Assembly: GCF_036971445.1 (NCBI RefSeq)
Contig: NC_091469.1
Coordinates: forward strand, 294,810,001 to 294,874,000
Direction: 5' to 3'
DNA from: Narcine bancroftii
Lineage: Eukaryota
Length of the DNA stretch: 64,000 nucleotides
Shown here: in pieces, positions 1 to 11,815 of the stretch
Layout: every line of letters starts with the position of its first letter
Position numbering within the stretch: position 1 is the first letter of the stretch
Made by a program: the position numbers and the translations under genes
Notes under the pieces: generated by a model
The model's database searches: none
What the model saw: only the letters and a program-made list of their open reading frames with translations
What the model was told of the DNA's origin: nothing

Positions 1-1277
1 CGCTGCTGTTTTGTTTCCTGTTGCCTGTTCCTTGTTTGTCAGGAAGCATCAACAGTGAGGCAAGACTGTCCCTCTGCTGTTTCTTCCTTTCTCCTTTGTC
101 TAACTCTACGGGCTTGTGAAGAGCTTCTGCCAACGTTGCTTTGCTTTTATGGGTCCATACTGAACTGTTTTTGGCCACTTGTTTTTATTCTGAATGTACA
201 TCGATGCACAACACTGTAACTAATTGAGGTCTCCCTGATGCAAGTTCAATTTTTTTTTGGAACATCTGAACTTCATTTGACCATTCAATGTGGTCATGAC
301 ATTCAACATCAATTGTTACCCCTACTGAACCTCCTTGGACATTTCTAGAATGCTCCACATTTGATTTGCATGGAGAACAGACAAACAAACAGACATAGAT
401 GCACAAATATATATTAGATGTAAAACCCTCTGCAGCTGTTCCAATCCACTGACGTGGTTGGGAAGCGCTGGATATTTCCCATTCCTGGCTATCACAAGGG
501 CCTCCAGCATAAGACCACCTTTGGGAATACAGCAGGAAAGTGCTGATTATAACTTCAGGGCCCGTGAATTTTTTGTGAAGGTCCCAGTTACTCGTAGTTT
601 GGTGGGGGGAAATGGCAGCATAGATGTAGGTAAGTGGCCAAAAATCCCCCACCAAATCTGGGCCAGTAAGTCCAAGATTGTGCTGCTGCACTTCCTATCA
701 GGCAGTGAAACAGTTGGTGTTTGATGTTCCTTGCAATAAATATGTGTCCTCAAATACTGCAGACAGTTAAAAAATATTTTCTCCCCTGGTTTGCCTACTT
801 ACGAAGCACTCTCACAAAAGAAGCAGCTTCGTACCGAGGCTATTAATAAGTACTTTTATAAACTAAACAGATTGAGTCGATCTCATGTATCACTGCCATC
901 CTGCTGACCTACATTGTGCTTTGATTTATTTTTCCCCTCTTATCTTCTAAACCCACCTTGGTTTTGCTCTGGCTTTACAACCTCTCTTCTTCTTAAACAT
1001 ATTTATCACTGAGTCTTGCCTGAATTGCATCCTCTCTCCTTTGACCATTTCATGATATCTGCAGGACATTCCCCTCTTTCTATTCTTTTCCTGTTTCTGG
1101 CCTAAATCTCAGCTGTTCCTTGTGCTGGTGTACATTTTTTGATGCACTTAAATGTTGCTGTTGAGTTTTTTTATTGATGAATGTCAAGGGATCTGGACTC
1201 CATCATGTTTTGTTCCCCAGATCACAAGTGTCTGACTTTTAACAGGATTTGCGCTTTCTGGCATATTTGCCAAGCTG

Positions 1278-1470
1278 CAAACCCCTGGTGTCCGGCACCT
1301 ATCGGGTTTGGTAGATGACGGGGAAGTGAATTTTCCGGTAGCTTGAGATTGCGTGTTGCGTGATTGGCAAACTGACCACTTCGGAGGGAGGGTACCAATA
1401 TTAAACTTTAGTATTTTGTTACCTCTTTATTTACTGCGATTTTTTTTTTTTTGATTTTTTTTTGCCGATA
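1278..1470. mobile_element. Short DNA-transposon-like repeat
   Basis: Homologous to ~37368-37537 (ttggtagatg..tgaattttc..tggcaaact.ac..). Confidence 0.5.
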
Positions 1471-1994
1471 ACAACAGGAATAATTCCATCTTCCACCACA
1501 ATCCATCCTCGTACCGATCGTGCATTCCACAGTGACTTCCAAGTTTGTTGGCACCTAATTGGCAAACGAGTTCAGATTTGGATTATCTTCATTGTCCAAG
1601 AAAGACAGGAGACGTTGTTCAGTCATTAATGATTCAGTGAGACGTGTGTTTTGTTGGTTGCATTTCATAGCTGTTAAGGACAGGTGAAGTCACTTAACGA
1701 GAACAAGGAGGAAGCATGGAAGGAGATTCAAAGGGTAGGGGGGGATTCTAGCCTCTGTTGAGTTTACAGAGGGACAGCGTTTGAAAAAATGTCTTTTTCA
1801 GGGAGATCTTCATAGAGATCTCCCTGAAACAATAAATTCTGATTCTGAGAACTGTTGTATGTTAACAGACATAGCTGGACCAAACTTTGCCAGAGGCAAG
1901 AGTACTGTTGAATTTTTTTTCCCTCTGGATCTTTCCATGATGTTGGTCTTTCCAGGAAGTTGTTGAATGCCATGCTATAATAAGGTTAATATGG

Positions 1995-2575
1995 ATGATG
2001 AATTTATTGTCATATGCATTGTACAATGTATAAATTCATACATTGCTGCAGCCGATCAGGTACCTGTGAAGAAAAACTTATCATTGTAAACTAAATAATG
2101 GAGACGATAAATATATGTATTCCTCGTAATCATAGTGCAAAAATAAAAATGACATGCAATAGAATGAACAGTTGTTTTGTCAGGTCATGGCAATCTATGA
2201 AATGCATACTAAGGAGAGTCATATAGGTTTTAGAAAGAAACACCTTGAACCGAAAGGTGCAGGTTTTGTACTTCTGCCTTAAGGTAGCAGATGAGAGGTT
2301 GTGACTAGGGTAAAGGGGGAGGGGCCCTTTATGATGTTGGCTGCCTTCATGAGGCAGCGCATCACATAGATCTCTGCAGTGGATGGGAGGCAATGGACCT
2401 GGCTATGTTTGCTACCTTCTGCAGTATTCTGGGTTCCTGGGCACTTGAATTCCCAAATTGAGTTTTGAGGTAACCAGACAGTATACTTTCCACAGTGCAT
2501 CTGCAGACGTTTGGTAGCATATCCAACAAAGAGCTAAATCTCCTCCGACTCCCTGGGAAGTTGGTGTGTCTTCTT
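1995..2575 (-). mobile_element. Rex/Babar-type LINE 3' fragment, degraded
   Basis: tttattgtcata tail; RCLMKAANIIKGPSP segment. Confidence 0.65.
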
Positions 2576-2677
2576 CACGGTTGTCTTTATTTTCATGTAC
2601 ACAAAATGCACAATACTTGTTTTCCTTATTGCTGCATTGGAGAATAAAAAGGCACTGTGCTCGGGAACAATTTAATT

Positions 2678-3050
2678 CAGTGGTTCTCAACCTCTTTCTT
2701 TCCACTCACATCCCACTTTAGGTATTCCCTATGCCATTGGTGCTCTGTGATTAGTAAGGGATTGCTTAAGGTGGGATGTGAGTGAGAAGGGAAGGTTGAG
2801 AAATACTGCTCTAGACCCAATTGTTACTGAAATATTTTGCTTGAGAAAAATTGTCATTGGCTCATTTCCTTTGGAGTAATGAAACTGTGCTCATAACGAG
2901 TCAGTTAGGTATGATTAAAACAGAGGTATTCAAACTTTCTTTCCACCCATATACCACTTCATGCAATCCCTTACTAATCACAGAGCACCTATGGCATAGG
3001 AAATACTTAAAGTGGTATGTGAGTGAAAAGAAAAATGTTGAGAACTACTG
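2678..3050. mobile_element. hAT (Charlie-like) MITE, composite form
   Basis: TIRs CAGTGGTTCTCAAC / GTTGAGAACTACTG; imperfect 8-bp flanks ATTTAATT / ATTTATCT. Confidence 0.82.
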
Positions 3051-5002
3051 ATTTATCTTAAATGTAAGTGATTCAACTCTTCATTCCCCAAAGCTTTCTC
3101 ATCATCTGTAAAAGGCAAGTCAGGAGTATGGGGGAATACCTGCAGCTTATTTTAATGAGTTGTTCCAACAGCACTCAGTGCGTGACATCTTCCAGGAACA
3201 GATAACCATCTTCATTGGAAGTCTGTCCTACTTTTGAGGTCTGTTACTTCCTCTATCATCTCCAGGTACAAAATGAGGAGCAGTTAGTTTCCTTGATCAT
3301 ACTAAAACTACATGCCAAACCCATAATCAAGAAGAAAGGGATGAAACATTTGGGGCATTTAAGAGACTCTTACACAGGCACATTGATGGAAGAGAAGTAG
3401 AAGGTTATGGGATAGGGATGGTTTAGTACTTTTTAAAAAAGGAATATATGGGTTAGCACCACATTGAGGGCTGAAGGGCCTGTACTGTGCTGTCGTGTTT
3501 TATATTCTATTATTATTCTAGCGAAAGGTTTCACATTGCCCCTGTCAACCTGGACACAGGGGGAAGAGGGAGATGGAGAGAGAGAAAAAACATTTTTATC
3601 CCTCATTGTGATATATTTTCTTAGTTTAGAACAATTTGTTGAATTGTAAGAACAAAGAAAGCATTGGTTCGTTTAAACATTCCCTCAGGTTTAGTTCCAG
3701 GGATAGCGGATTTTTTAAAAACATGAGTTGAAACTAAACAGTGCAAAATTTGAAATTTTACAGGGTACATAAAGCTACACAAAGAAGATTATATTTGATT
3801 TCTAGACAGATGAATAGAATGTGGCAGACACATGGCAGAATAAATATGGTGCAGAAAAGAAATGAGGGAACACGTTTTAATCAGGAAAACAATCAGAGGC
3901 CGTGCAAACTATAAACAGGATGCAAGTGTTTGAGCAATATTGAACACTATTGGAAGTATAGGATTTGTGAATTAAGCATTTAGGATCCTAAATTTAAATT
4001 TCATCCTGTATCCCTGCAAATACACCACAATGAACCCAGAATGTTTTGAAGGGTGGGAGGAAACCGGAGCACCCAGAGGAAACCCACGCAGACCTGGGCT
4101 GAACGTACAAACTCCTTAGAGCGAGCGCCAGATTTGAACCTGGGTCACTGGCAATGTTAACCATATGGTAAATGAAAGAGACTGCAGATGCGGAAAACTG
4201 AAGCAACACCCAAAATCTGAAGGAACTCAGCGGTGTAGATTGCATCAAAGAAGTTGGAGCATATTGGTCATTGTTTCTTGGGGTGAGTGAAGTTTTGTTG
4301 GCTGGGAGCATGATCCAAGTTCTATTGGAAAATAAAGAGAAATAATTTCCAGTGTCGAAGAGATCAATAACCAGGTTTAAGGTGATTGCAGAAGAATATG
4401 TGGTTAGGATTTGGGCTGCACTGCCTGATAATATACCAATTCAGAGGAGGTTAATAAATTAGGTAAATACTGAATGAAAGACAATAGCAAGGAGATGGGG
4501 AAGCCAGGGTTATTGGAATTAACAGGTGCATTTTGAAGGGGAACAGAAGAGAACCAACACTAACTTGATGAACAATATGATCTTCTTTGCCTTTGCCATT
4601 TTTTTTGTCATTGTCATGAGTTGGGGAACTTGGAAGGAAAATGAGCTGAGCCTTGTTGCTACTCAGCCTTGATGAAAGCAAGTAGCAATTGAATTGGAGG
4701 CAGAGAGGGTGTCAATGAAACACTGCAGAGGCCAGGATACAAGAGATCATTTGGTGGCGCAAAGATAAGAGGGTAGAGTTTCATAAAGGGAAGGTAGGAT
4801 GGGGAATGGGAAATGGAAAAGTGGTGGGGCGTGGAGAACAAGGCCTGAGGGATGGTGTTCAATCCAGGACAAACTAGCAAAGGCCATAGCTTTCCAAGAT
4901 TCACTTTTTCCAAAGGTCAATGAAGCTGATGTCATTCTTCCCTTGGACATTCCACTCACTGTTTTCTAGTTTAATAAAAAGAGAAAGTAAAATAATCATA
5001 AT

Positions 5003-5215
5003 TTTACAGCATGGAAACAGGTCATTCAGCCCGACTTGTCTATACCAACTGAGGTGTCTACCGAAAACTAGTCTAATTTGCCTGCTGTAAATCCATGTCC
5101 TTCTAAACCTTTCCAAGTATTTGTCCAAATGTCCTTTAAATGTAACAATTGTACCCACCTTAACTATTGCCTCTGGCATCTTGTTCCATTTACCAACAAC
5201 AGCTTATGTGTAAAA
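5003..5215 (-). mobile_element. CR1 3' fragment, interrupted by the 5227-6000 element
   Basis: ORF 4901-5179 includes LPEAIVKVGTIVTFKGHLDKYL (first codon shown as M in the track), the CR1 ORF2 C-terminus; the element resumes at ~6006 (tttaaatctttcccctct). Confidence 0.72.
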
Positions 5216-5226
5216 TGTCATTTTAA

Positions 5227-6000
5227 AGATTCAAAATTCAATTTATTATCATAGTAATTAAACAGTGTGATATTACATGAAATTTCTTTTTGCCTGCTGC
5301 AAGGCTGACAGACAGATTCACCACCAGAAGGAATTGTCTAAGTGCCTCTTACATTTCTTACAGTCAGAGAAGCAGAAGAGTCCTCTGCAGCACCTGCAAC
5401 CACACAGAGGCCAATCCAAACTATTCGCAACCCAAGCTCTAGATCCGAACCTTCGACATGGTCAGGAGCTTGGCTCCCCCCTCACATCCCGATTCCGATA
5501 CCTGGCACCTCTCCAGCCAGTTTGGGCCAGTCTTCAGCAGTCCTTAGCCTGGCGCGAGTCTCCCGACAGCAGACTCCAGCAGTCCAGAGCTCCACAGGTT
5601 CCTCGCCTCAAGTCTCCAGCAACCCAGGTCCCTCAGCCTCAGACCCCTTCACTGGTCTGCCGCTGTGGTAACCATCCTGTGGATCATCTCCTCTGCTTCT
5701 CCTTCTCAAATGGTTGGGGTGGGGGGGGGGGGGGAGGAGAGATCTTCCCATCCTCTCGTGCCCTGCTCCAGTCCTCTGCTTCCCCGGAGTCCACAACCCC
5801 TCGCAGCTAGTTAATAGGTGCCGCCATCTGGACGTGGACCCCGCGGACTTGGGATCTCAAATAAAACCCCCTGTCGGCTCCCTCAACAGGCCATTCAAAC
5901 CCCGCGTGGAGTCGACGGCATTTGATTGGGCAGCTGAACCCGGTGGGTCCACACCTGGGGCAGTGCTGCCACTACAGCGGCTCCAGCAGCACCGCCATTT
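5227..6000 (-). mobile_element. ~780-bp non-coding retroposon: GC-rich head, LINE-like AATAAA tail
   Basis: Minus strand starts AAAATGGCGGTGCTGCTGG and ends AATAAATTGAATTTTGAATCTT; homologous to 24000-24675 (+) and 31643-31810 (-). Confidence 0.7.
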
Positions 6001-9000
6001 TGTATATTTAAATCTTTCCCCTCTTATCTTGTGAGAGGGATGCATTAATATGTGCAGGAAGTGAAGCAGTTGAGAGGAAGACTAGAAAGAACTGTAAGAA
6101 ATCTTCACAGAGAGATAAAGTGTCCATGTTCTTCATCCTGTCATCTGCAGTGCCCTGGGAGTGTGTATTAAACTTTGCTTCTCAAATGCTTTTGAAAAAC
6201 TGTGATTGATTCTGACAAATGCTTATCTGGTTTGATTGAATATTGGGAGTGGTTTTTATTGTTTGTGGTGGAATCTCTGCTTGCAAAATGTTTTGTTTTA
6301 CTTTTTACTTTTTTTCTTGTAAATGTGGAACCTTCTGTATGTCAGTCTTCATGCCTCCTGCTAATCAGCCAGTCTGCCTGACATCCCTCAGCTTTTAAAC
6401 ATGGTTATTTTTCAGTCAATAGAAGGTGGTTTGACTCAAAGATGAGGAGCAAATGATGGGGAGATCGTCATAGTCTCTGCAGTTGCAAAATGAGCAGATT
6501 TTTTTTTTAAATAGTCAGATGTGAGAAGGTGATTAAATTGGCTTTACTGCTCTGTTTGAGGTCTTGGTTCAGCGACTGAAATCATCCTGGAAGGAAACAA
6601 GATTCTTTTATTTTGTACAGGACTCTTTCTGATTTCCTGCTCAGTGAGGCAACTGAACTATTGGTTTGCTCATCTTGCAATTGGCTAGCTCGGCTTCTGA
6701 ATCACCAGACATTGGGCCAGTATGATGAGCCATGGTATGACAGGTCTTCGATGACCTGTCAACAACTGGATTGGGTCTTCTACATCTGGGTTCAATCAAT
6801 CAACCGCATTTGGTGTATGCTCGTTAATCGTTGATATTGTGTAATAGTCGACACCCCTTTTCTTGGCCAAAATTATTGGTTGTTTTTTTATGACCCATGT
6901 AAAAGTCAAATCCCCCCTCATTTTTATCCCCTACTGCCTACAAATCCAAGCTCCTGATGCTCTGACTGCGATTTGTCACCTGGTCATGTCCATCTGAGCT
7001 CCCAATGCCTTGAACAATGCAGGTACTTAACGAAGGCAAAGTTTGACCTGTGTAAAAATCAAGCACCATCACCCGCCATTTTTGGCCTGAAAAAGTGGTG
7101 CAGAAAATTTGATGATTACGCAATTGTATAAGGTAATTATTGAAATCCATCTTTCATTTATTATTCGGTCGTTCAATGTGGAGAATTGGATGTCATTTTT
7201 CTTTGGAGGAAATCACTGGCTTTTAATTTTGCTATTTTATTTAAAGCTACTTGTTCAATGCCCCTGCTTCTTTAATGCTCTCTTTGCCTCGGGTGGCTTG
7301 AAAGTAACTAATGTAGCACAGATATACAAATGCTGCTTTGTAGCTGTAGAGACTCAAGTTCAATCCTGACCTTTTTTGCTGTCTGTCCGGAGTTTGAACA
7401 TTCTCCCTGTTACCTCGTGGATTTTTTCCAAGTGTTCATTTCCAAAGACATAATGGGTTAGCTGGCAACTGTTCGTTGCTTCAAGTGTTCAATGTGTGGC
7501 AAAATAGATGGGAATGTGGGGATTAAAAAGTTACAGGCGAAATTAGTGGGGAATGGGATTATTCTGTGAGCCAGCAGAGACTTAATGGGCTCAAATGGTT
7601 TCCTTCTACGCCAGAAGGAAATTTGGCAACTACGAGCTTGTTGGGTGAAATCCACCAAGTCATCAGCGAAACAGTTTCACTTTGTCGGACTAGTTTGATG
7701 AATATTCCCATCCCCTTAAATGTGGAGCATTTTTATTTGTTAGAAATAAATGGGAAAATAAGTTAAATGGAAGATGAGGTTTGCAAATTTGATAATAATG
7801 TTAGCAGCAATTGTAGCAAGGAATAATGAGGGCAAAATCTGGATGCTGGAAATCTGAAAGGCAAATATTTCCAGCTTTTCATCTTTTTTTTCCTGATACA
7901 AAAGTGAGCCACAGTTAATAATAGTGCACTTACTTCACAGTGTATGGATTTCTTTGCCTTGCACCATTATTTTGATATCAAATTTTAAAAGTAGCCTGTT
8001 TGAGATGAGAGGAGGAATCTATTAGGTTGGGTTGGATACTATTTGGTACATTTTGAAATATCAGTAGAGTACACCGAAAAAAAAAATACCCACAGTTCTT
8101 ATGCTTATTTTTGTATGTTTTCGCAAATAATTTGGGGACTATGTGGAACTTCTTGGTTTTGCTCTGGATGTTTTGAATAAATATTCGCCAAGATTTTCTT
8201 TTGCTTTGGTAGATCTTTGCCATTTCTCTACAAAGGAAACTTATCTTCATAGGTGTAGTTTGCGAAGATTGCAAGCAATGCTCCCATTTATCGCCCGTGC
8301 CTAATTGACACTGAAGAGATGGTTAATCAATGAATCCAGAGTCTCATCACCCAGATAGGATTAGGATGAAATGTTTCTGCCACAAAGGACATTACTGAAC
8401 ATGATGGACTTTTCGGACAGACCTGTAATTTCACAGTCACGTTATTGAAATGAGTATTATGGTTGAAATTCTATATCTTATTGTATCAATTCCCCTGCTG
8501 TCATGGTGGTATTGGAACTTGTGTCTTCAAATTAGTAGTACTGAGTGTGAGTCAATTAAATTGGTCATGATTCGTCCATACCAATTAACACATCTTATGA
8601 ATTTGTTTTTAAATCTTAAATTGTAAGTGAACCTTTCTCTCAATTATAATCTAATCTGATAAATGTCCAAATGAATTGTGTTCCTTCAACTTACATTTAT
8701 GTGTGAATACCGTGGTTTCTAACGTGTCCGTGACATGCAAATTAAATTTTATTTCTTGTAACATCACACTCACCTTTTGTACTTTTAGGGTAATATAGTT
8801 GGAGTATTTACTGATAGGTTAAATATATGGCCTCTAAAATGTTCAGTAAACAATCAACGTACTTATTACCCCTGATGCGTTCGCAGCAGTTCATCAGAAT
8901 TCGTCATTCAGCATATCCATCACATCTCAAAAATCACAAGTGATTTTTCAACAAGGACTGAATTCCTCAATGCAAATTGAATTGTATGGCATTGGAGCTT

Positions 9001-9999
9001 CATTAAAATTCCAAAGTTTGTTCTCATTTGACATTTGATTTAAAAAAAAAATTACATTGTATAATGCTGCATTAAATACAAATTTAAATCCAGTTTGCAA
9101 TGAAATTCTCCTTTTTATTCTGTGGCTGCTGCAGAGGTAAAAGCGTTTTGAGGAGCGGGGGGGGGGGGGATCATCCCTTTGATCTTTGCCTTCAAAACTA
9201 GTACTGTGTTGTCAAATCCATTCGTTGCGTTAGTTTTGCAACTGGCAAGATGCTTTCCCTTTTTGCTACTGGCAAGATGCTTTCCCTACTCTGTGGAGCA
9301 CTGAACATTAAAGGGCAGTGGGAAAATGTGCAGTGTGATATCTTATACTGCAGTGTCGTTGTGGAGTTGGATTGGTGGCACTTTATTTTTGATGATGTAT
9401 GATAAAATTTCGGGTAATTGTGTACCTCTGATGAGTAACATGGAAATGTGAGGTATTCCAGACATGGAGCATAAAGTTGATAGCTGTGTCATACCTGTTA
9501 AAATGTCTTTCTCCAACCATAAGAGTAGATTTTATTAGTCCTACACCTTACAACAATGTGTGGACAAATTTAACATTCTCTAGGTCTGATTTGATGAGCC
9601 AGAATACACGCAAGGCCCTTAACATGCTACGTGACAGGTATAATTTACTAGCCAGCTGGCACCCCTAAAGGTGAGGCAGTGGCCTGTGAAATTACATTCT
9701 AAATTACTCTGCAGATGAGCCCAGCACACAAGTGCAGAGATCTGATTGTTCAGATATCCGTTATAAATTGCACAGTTCAGCACCAAGGACAGCGCTCATC
9801 ACTGTTGTAACAAACAGCAAAGAGATGGGGTTGGGTTGTATTAATACAAGAAATGTCAGTGTGGAGAAAGGTCAGTGAAAGGATAATGGCCAATAGAAAA
9901 TAATGAAGCTGTGCCAAGTTCCTGGGAAAGAGAAACTGATTGCACGTTGTCCTTTTTTCATGACTGAGGCAAAAGCCCCACTGAATGAACATAAAACTA

Positions 10000-10235
10000 T
10001 TGGTGATGGTGAGGTTGAAATTGATAGCTGGGAATAAAAGCTTATCTAATTCACTAATGTTCTTTAGAGAAGGATATTTGATAACCTTACCTGGTTTGGC
10101 TTCAACCTGACTGCATATCTACCATTCTACCATTTGAGTGATAACCTCCCCAATCTCCCTGAAATTAAGTAGGAAGCCATTCATTATGACGGACAATTAA
10201 CTCTGATTTTGACAGCAAAGTCTGCATCTTGTAAA
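10000..10235 (+). mobile_element. Old SINE remnant; inverted relative at ~8280-8545
   Basis: ttcactaatgtctttagagaaggat..ccttacctggtttggc here versus aaaggacattactgaac at ~8384-8400. Confidence 0.45.
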
Positions 10236-10970
10236 AAAATTAATGAAAATTTAAAGGCACTTGCGTGGTTTGGTTTTATTTTGTTGTATGGAGCCCTGAT
10301 GTGCATGTACTTTGTAACCTAAATGACCTTCATGGAAAACATTGCATCTCAACATTTTGAATAACTGGAGTTGATGTGAGTTGTGCACTTTGTTGATTTT
10401 TTTTTTTCTTTTGATCCTGGTATGAGAAAGGCAGTAAAAACAACATGTGCAAGTATTTAATTTATTTTGTGATTAAATTAGTATCAGGGAAAAAAAATAT
10501 TTAATTTGCAGTTTAGTACTTTTTATGACGTCTTTTTTGTATTTGGAATTAATTTTTTTTAATGCATAACTTCATGAGATTTGCTTCTCTTGCCTTTCTT
10601 GCAGCTCACACCAAAACCATAGATCTGTTGATTATTGATGGGATTTAATTTGGCAGTATTTATGCACTTGATCATAATTGGCATAAGGTGCAGAAGTAAA
10701 GAGTATTTCAGAGAATCATAGAGTTCTACAGCACAGGCTCTGGCCCTTCGGCCCAACTTATCCCTGCCAACCAAGTTGCTAGTTGAGTGAGGCAACTTGC
10801 TGCTCTTTGCCTAACTCTAACCCCCTTCCTGTCCTTGCACTCATCCAAATGTCTTCTATATGTTGTTTATTCCCATTTCATGTGTTTGTTTTGCCTTTTG
10901 CACACCAAGTACCCCAATTGGTTTGGAGAATAGAGTTCATGGACAGAACTGGATCACTCAGCCTCTAGAG

Positions 10971-11105
10971 TAGTGGTTCTCAACCTTCCCCCGCCCCCCC
11001 ACTCAAATACCACCATAGAATGCCATAGGTGCTCTGTGGTTAGTAAGGGATTACTTAAGGTGCTATGTGAATGGGGGTGGGGGGGGGCGAAGTTGAGAAC
11101 CACTG
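10971..11105. mobile_element. hAT MITE, monomer (135 bp)
   Basis: TIRs (T)AGTGGTTCTCAAC / GTTGAGAACCACTG; 8-bp TSD CTCTAGAG / CCCTAGAG, matching the Charlie-type NTCTAGAN target. Confidence 0.88.
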
Positions 11106-11495
11106 CCCTAGAGTCTTTCATTTAGATTAAATTAGATCTGCACTTGAACAACGTTTTCTTTTCTTTGATCCATTTCCCTGGATTTAACAATCTCAGCACT
11201 GAGATCCTCAACATCTATGCCTTTTCTCACAAAAATGTCTGGTGACACTTGTAACCATTTTAAATCCAACATTTCCAAGCCTTGTGCCTTATTTTCTGGA
11301 TTCCCTACAAGATTTCACTGAAGAAAACCTGAATTAAATACCTTAATCAGATAATCCCCAGACTTTTCAAATTTTGAAGGAACATAAGACAATAACCATA
11401 ACCATATAACCATTTATGGAAGTTAAAGAAATTTTAATATTTGTAGTGATTGTACTAAGATGTGAATGCCACATCAGCTGGAGTCTGTTCAGGGC

Positions 11496-11815
11496 ATTCT
11501 GAATCATAATTAATTGTCATGAACGAGTCCCGAAATTCATTGTTTTGCGGCAGCGTCACAGTGCAAACATTTATATAAATTACCGTACAAAAATAAATAA
11601 AAATAGTGCTGGGAAAAGTAAAAAAAAAAGGCAGGATCTTTGGTTTATAGGTCATTCAAGAATCTGATGGCGGCGGTGTGAGTGCTCATCTTCAGGCTCC
11701 TGCACTTTTTTTCCCGATGGTAGCAAAGTGAAGAGGGCATGGCCTGGGTGGTGGGGGTCCTTGAGGATAGAGACTGCTTCCTTAAGCCACTCTCTCTTGT
11801 AGACGTCCTCCAAGG
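11496..11815 (-). mobile_element. Rex/Babar-type LINE 3' fragment
   Basis: ILKDPHHPGHALFTLLPSGK; tail matches 23400-23476. Confidence 0.8.

Noticed and set aside
185-753. Cluster of ORFs up to 168 aa
   Set aside because: No recognisable domain or splice-consistent PRMT3 motif; possibly an old TE, but I cannot support a call.
5277-5810. 177-aa and 202-aa (23928-24536) Pro/Ser-rich ORFs
   Set aside because: Antisense frames of a GC-rich repeat; the frame is not conserved between copies.
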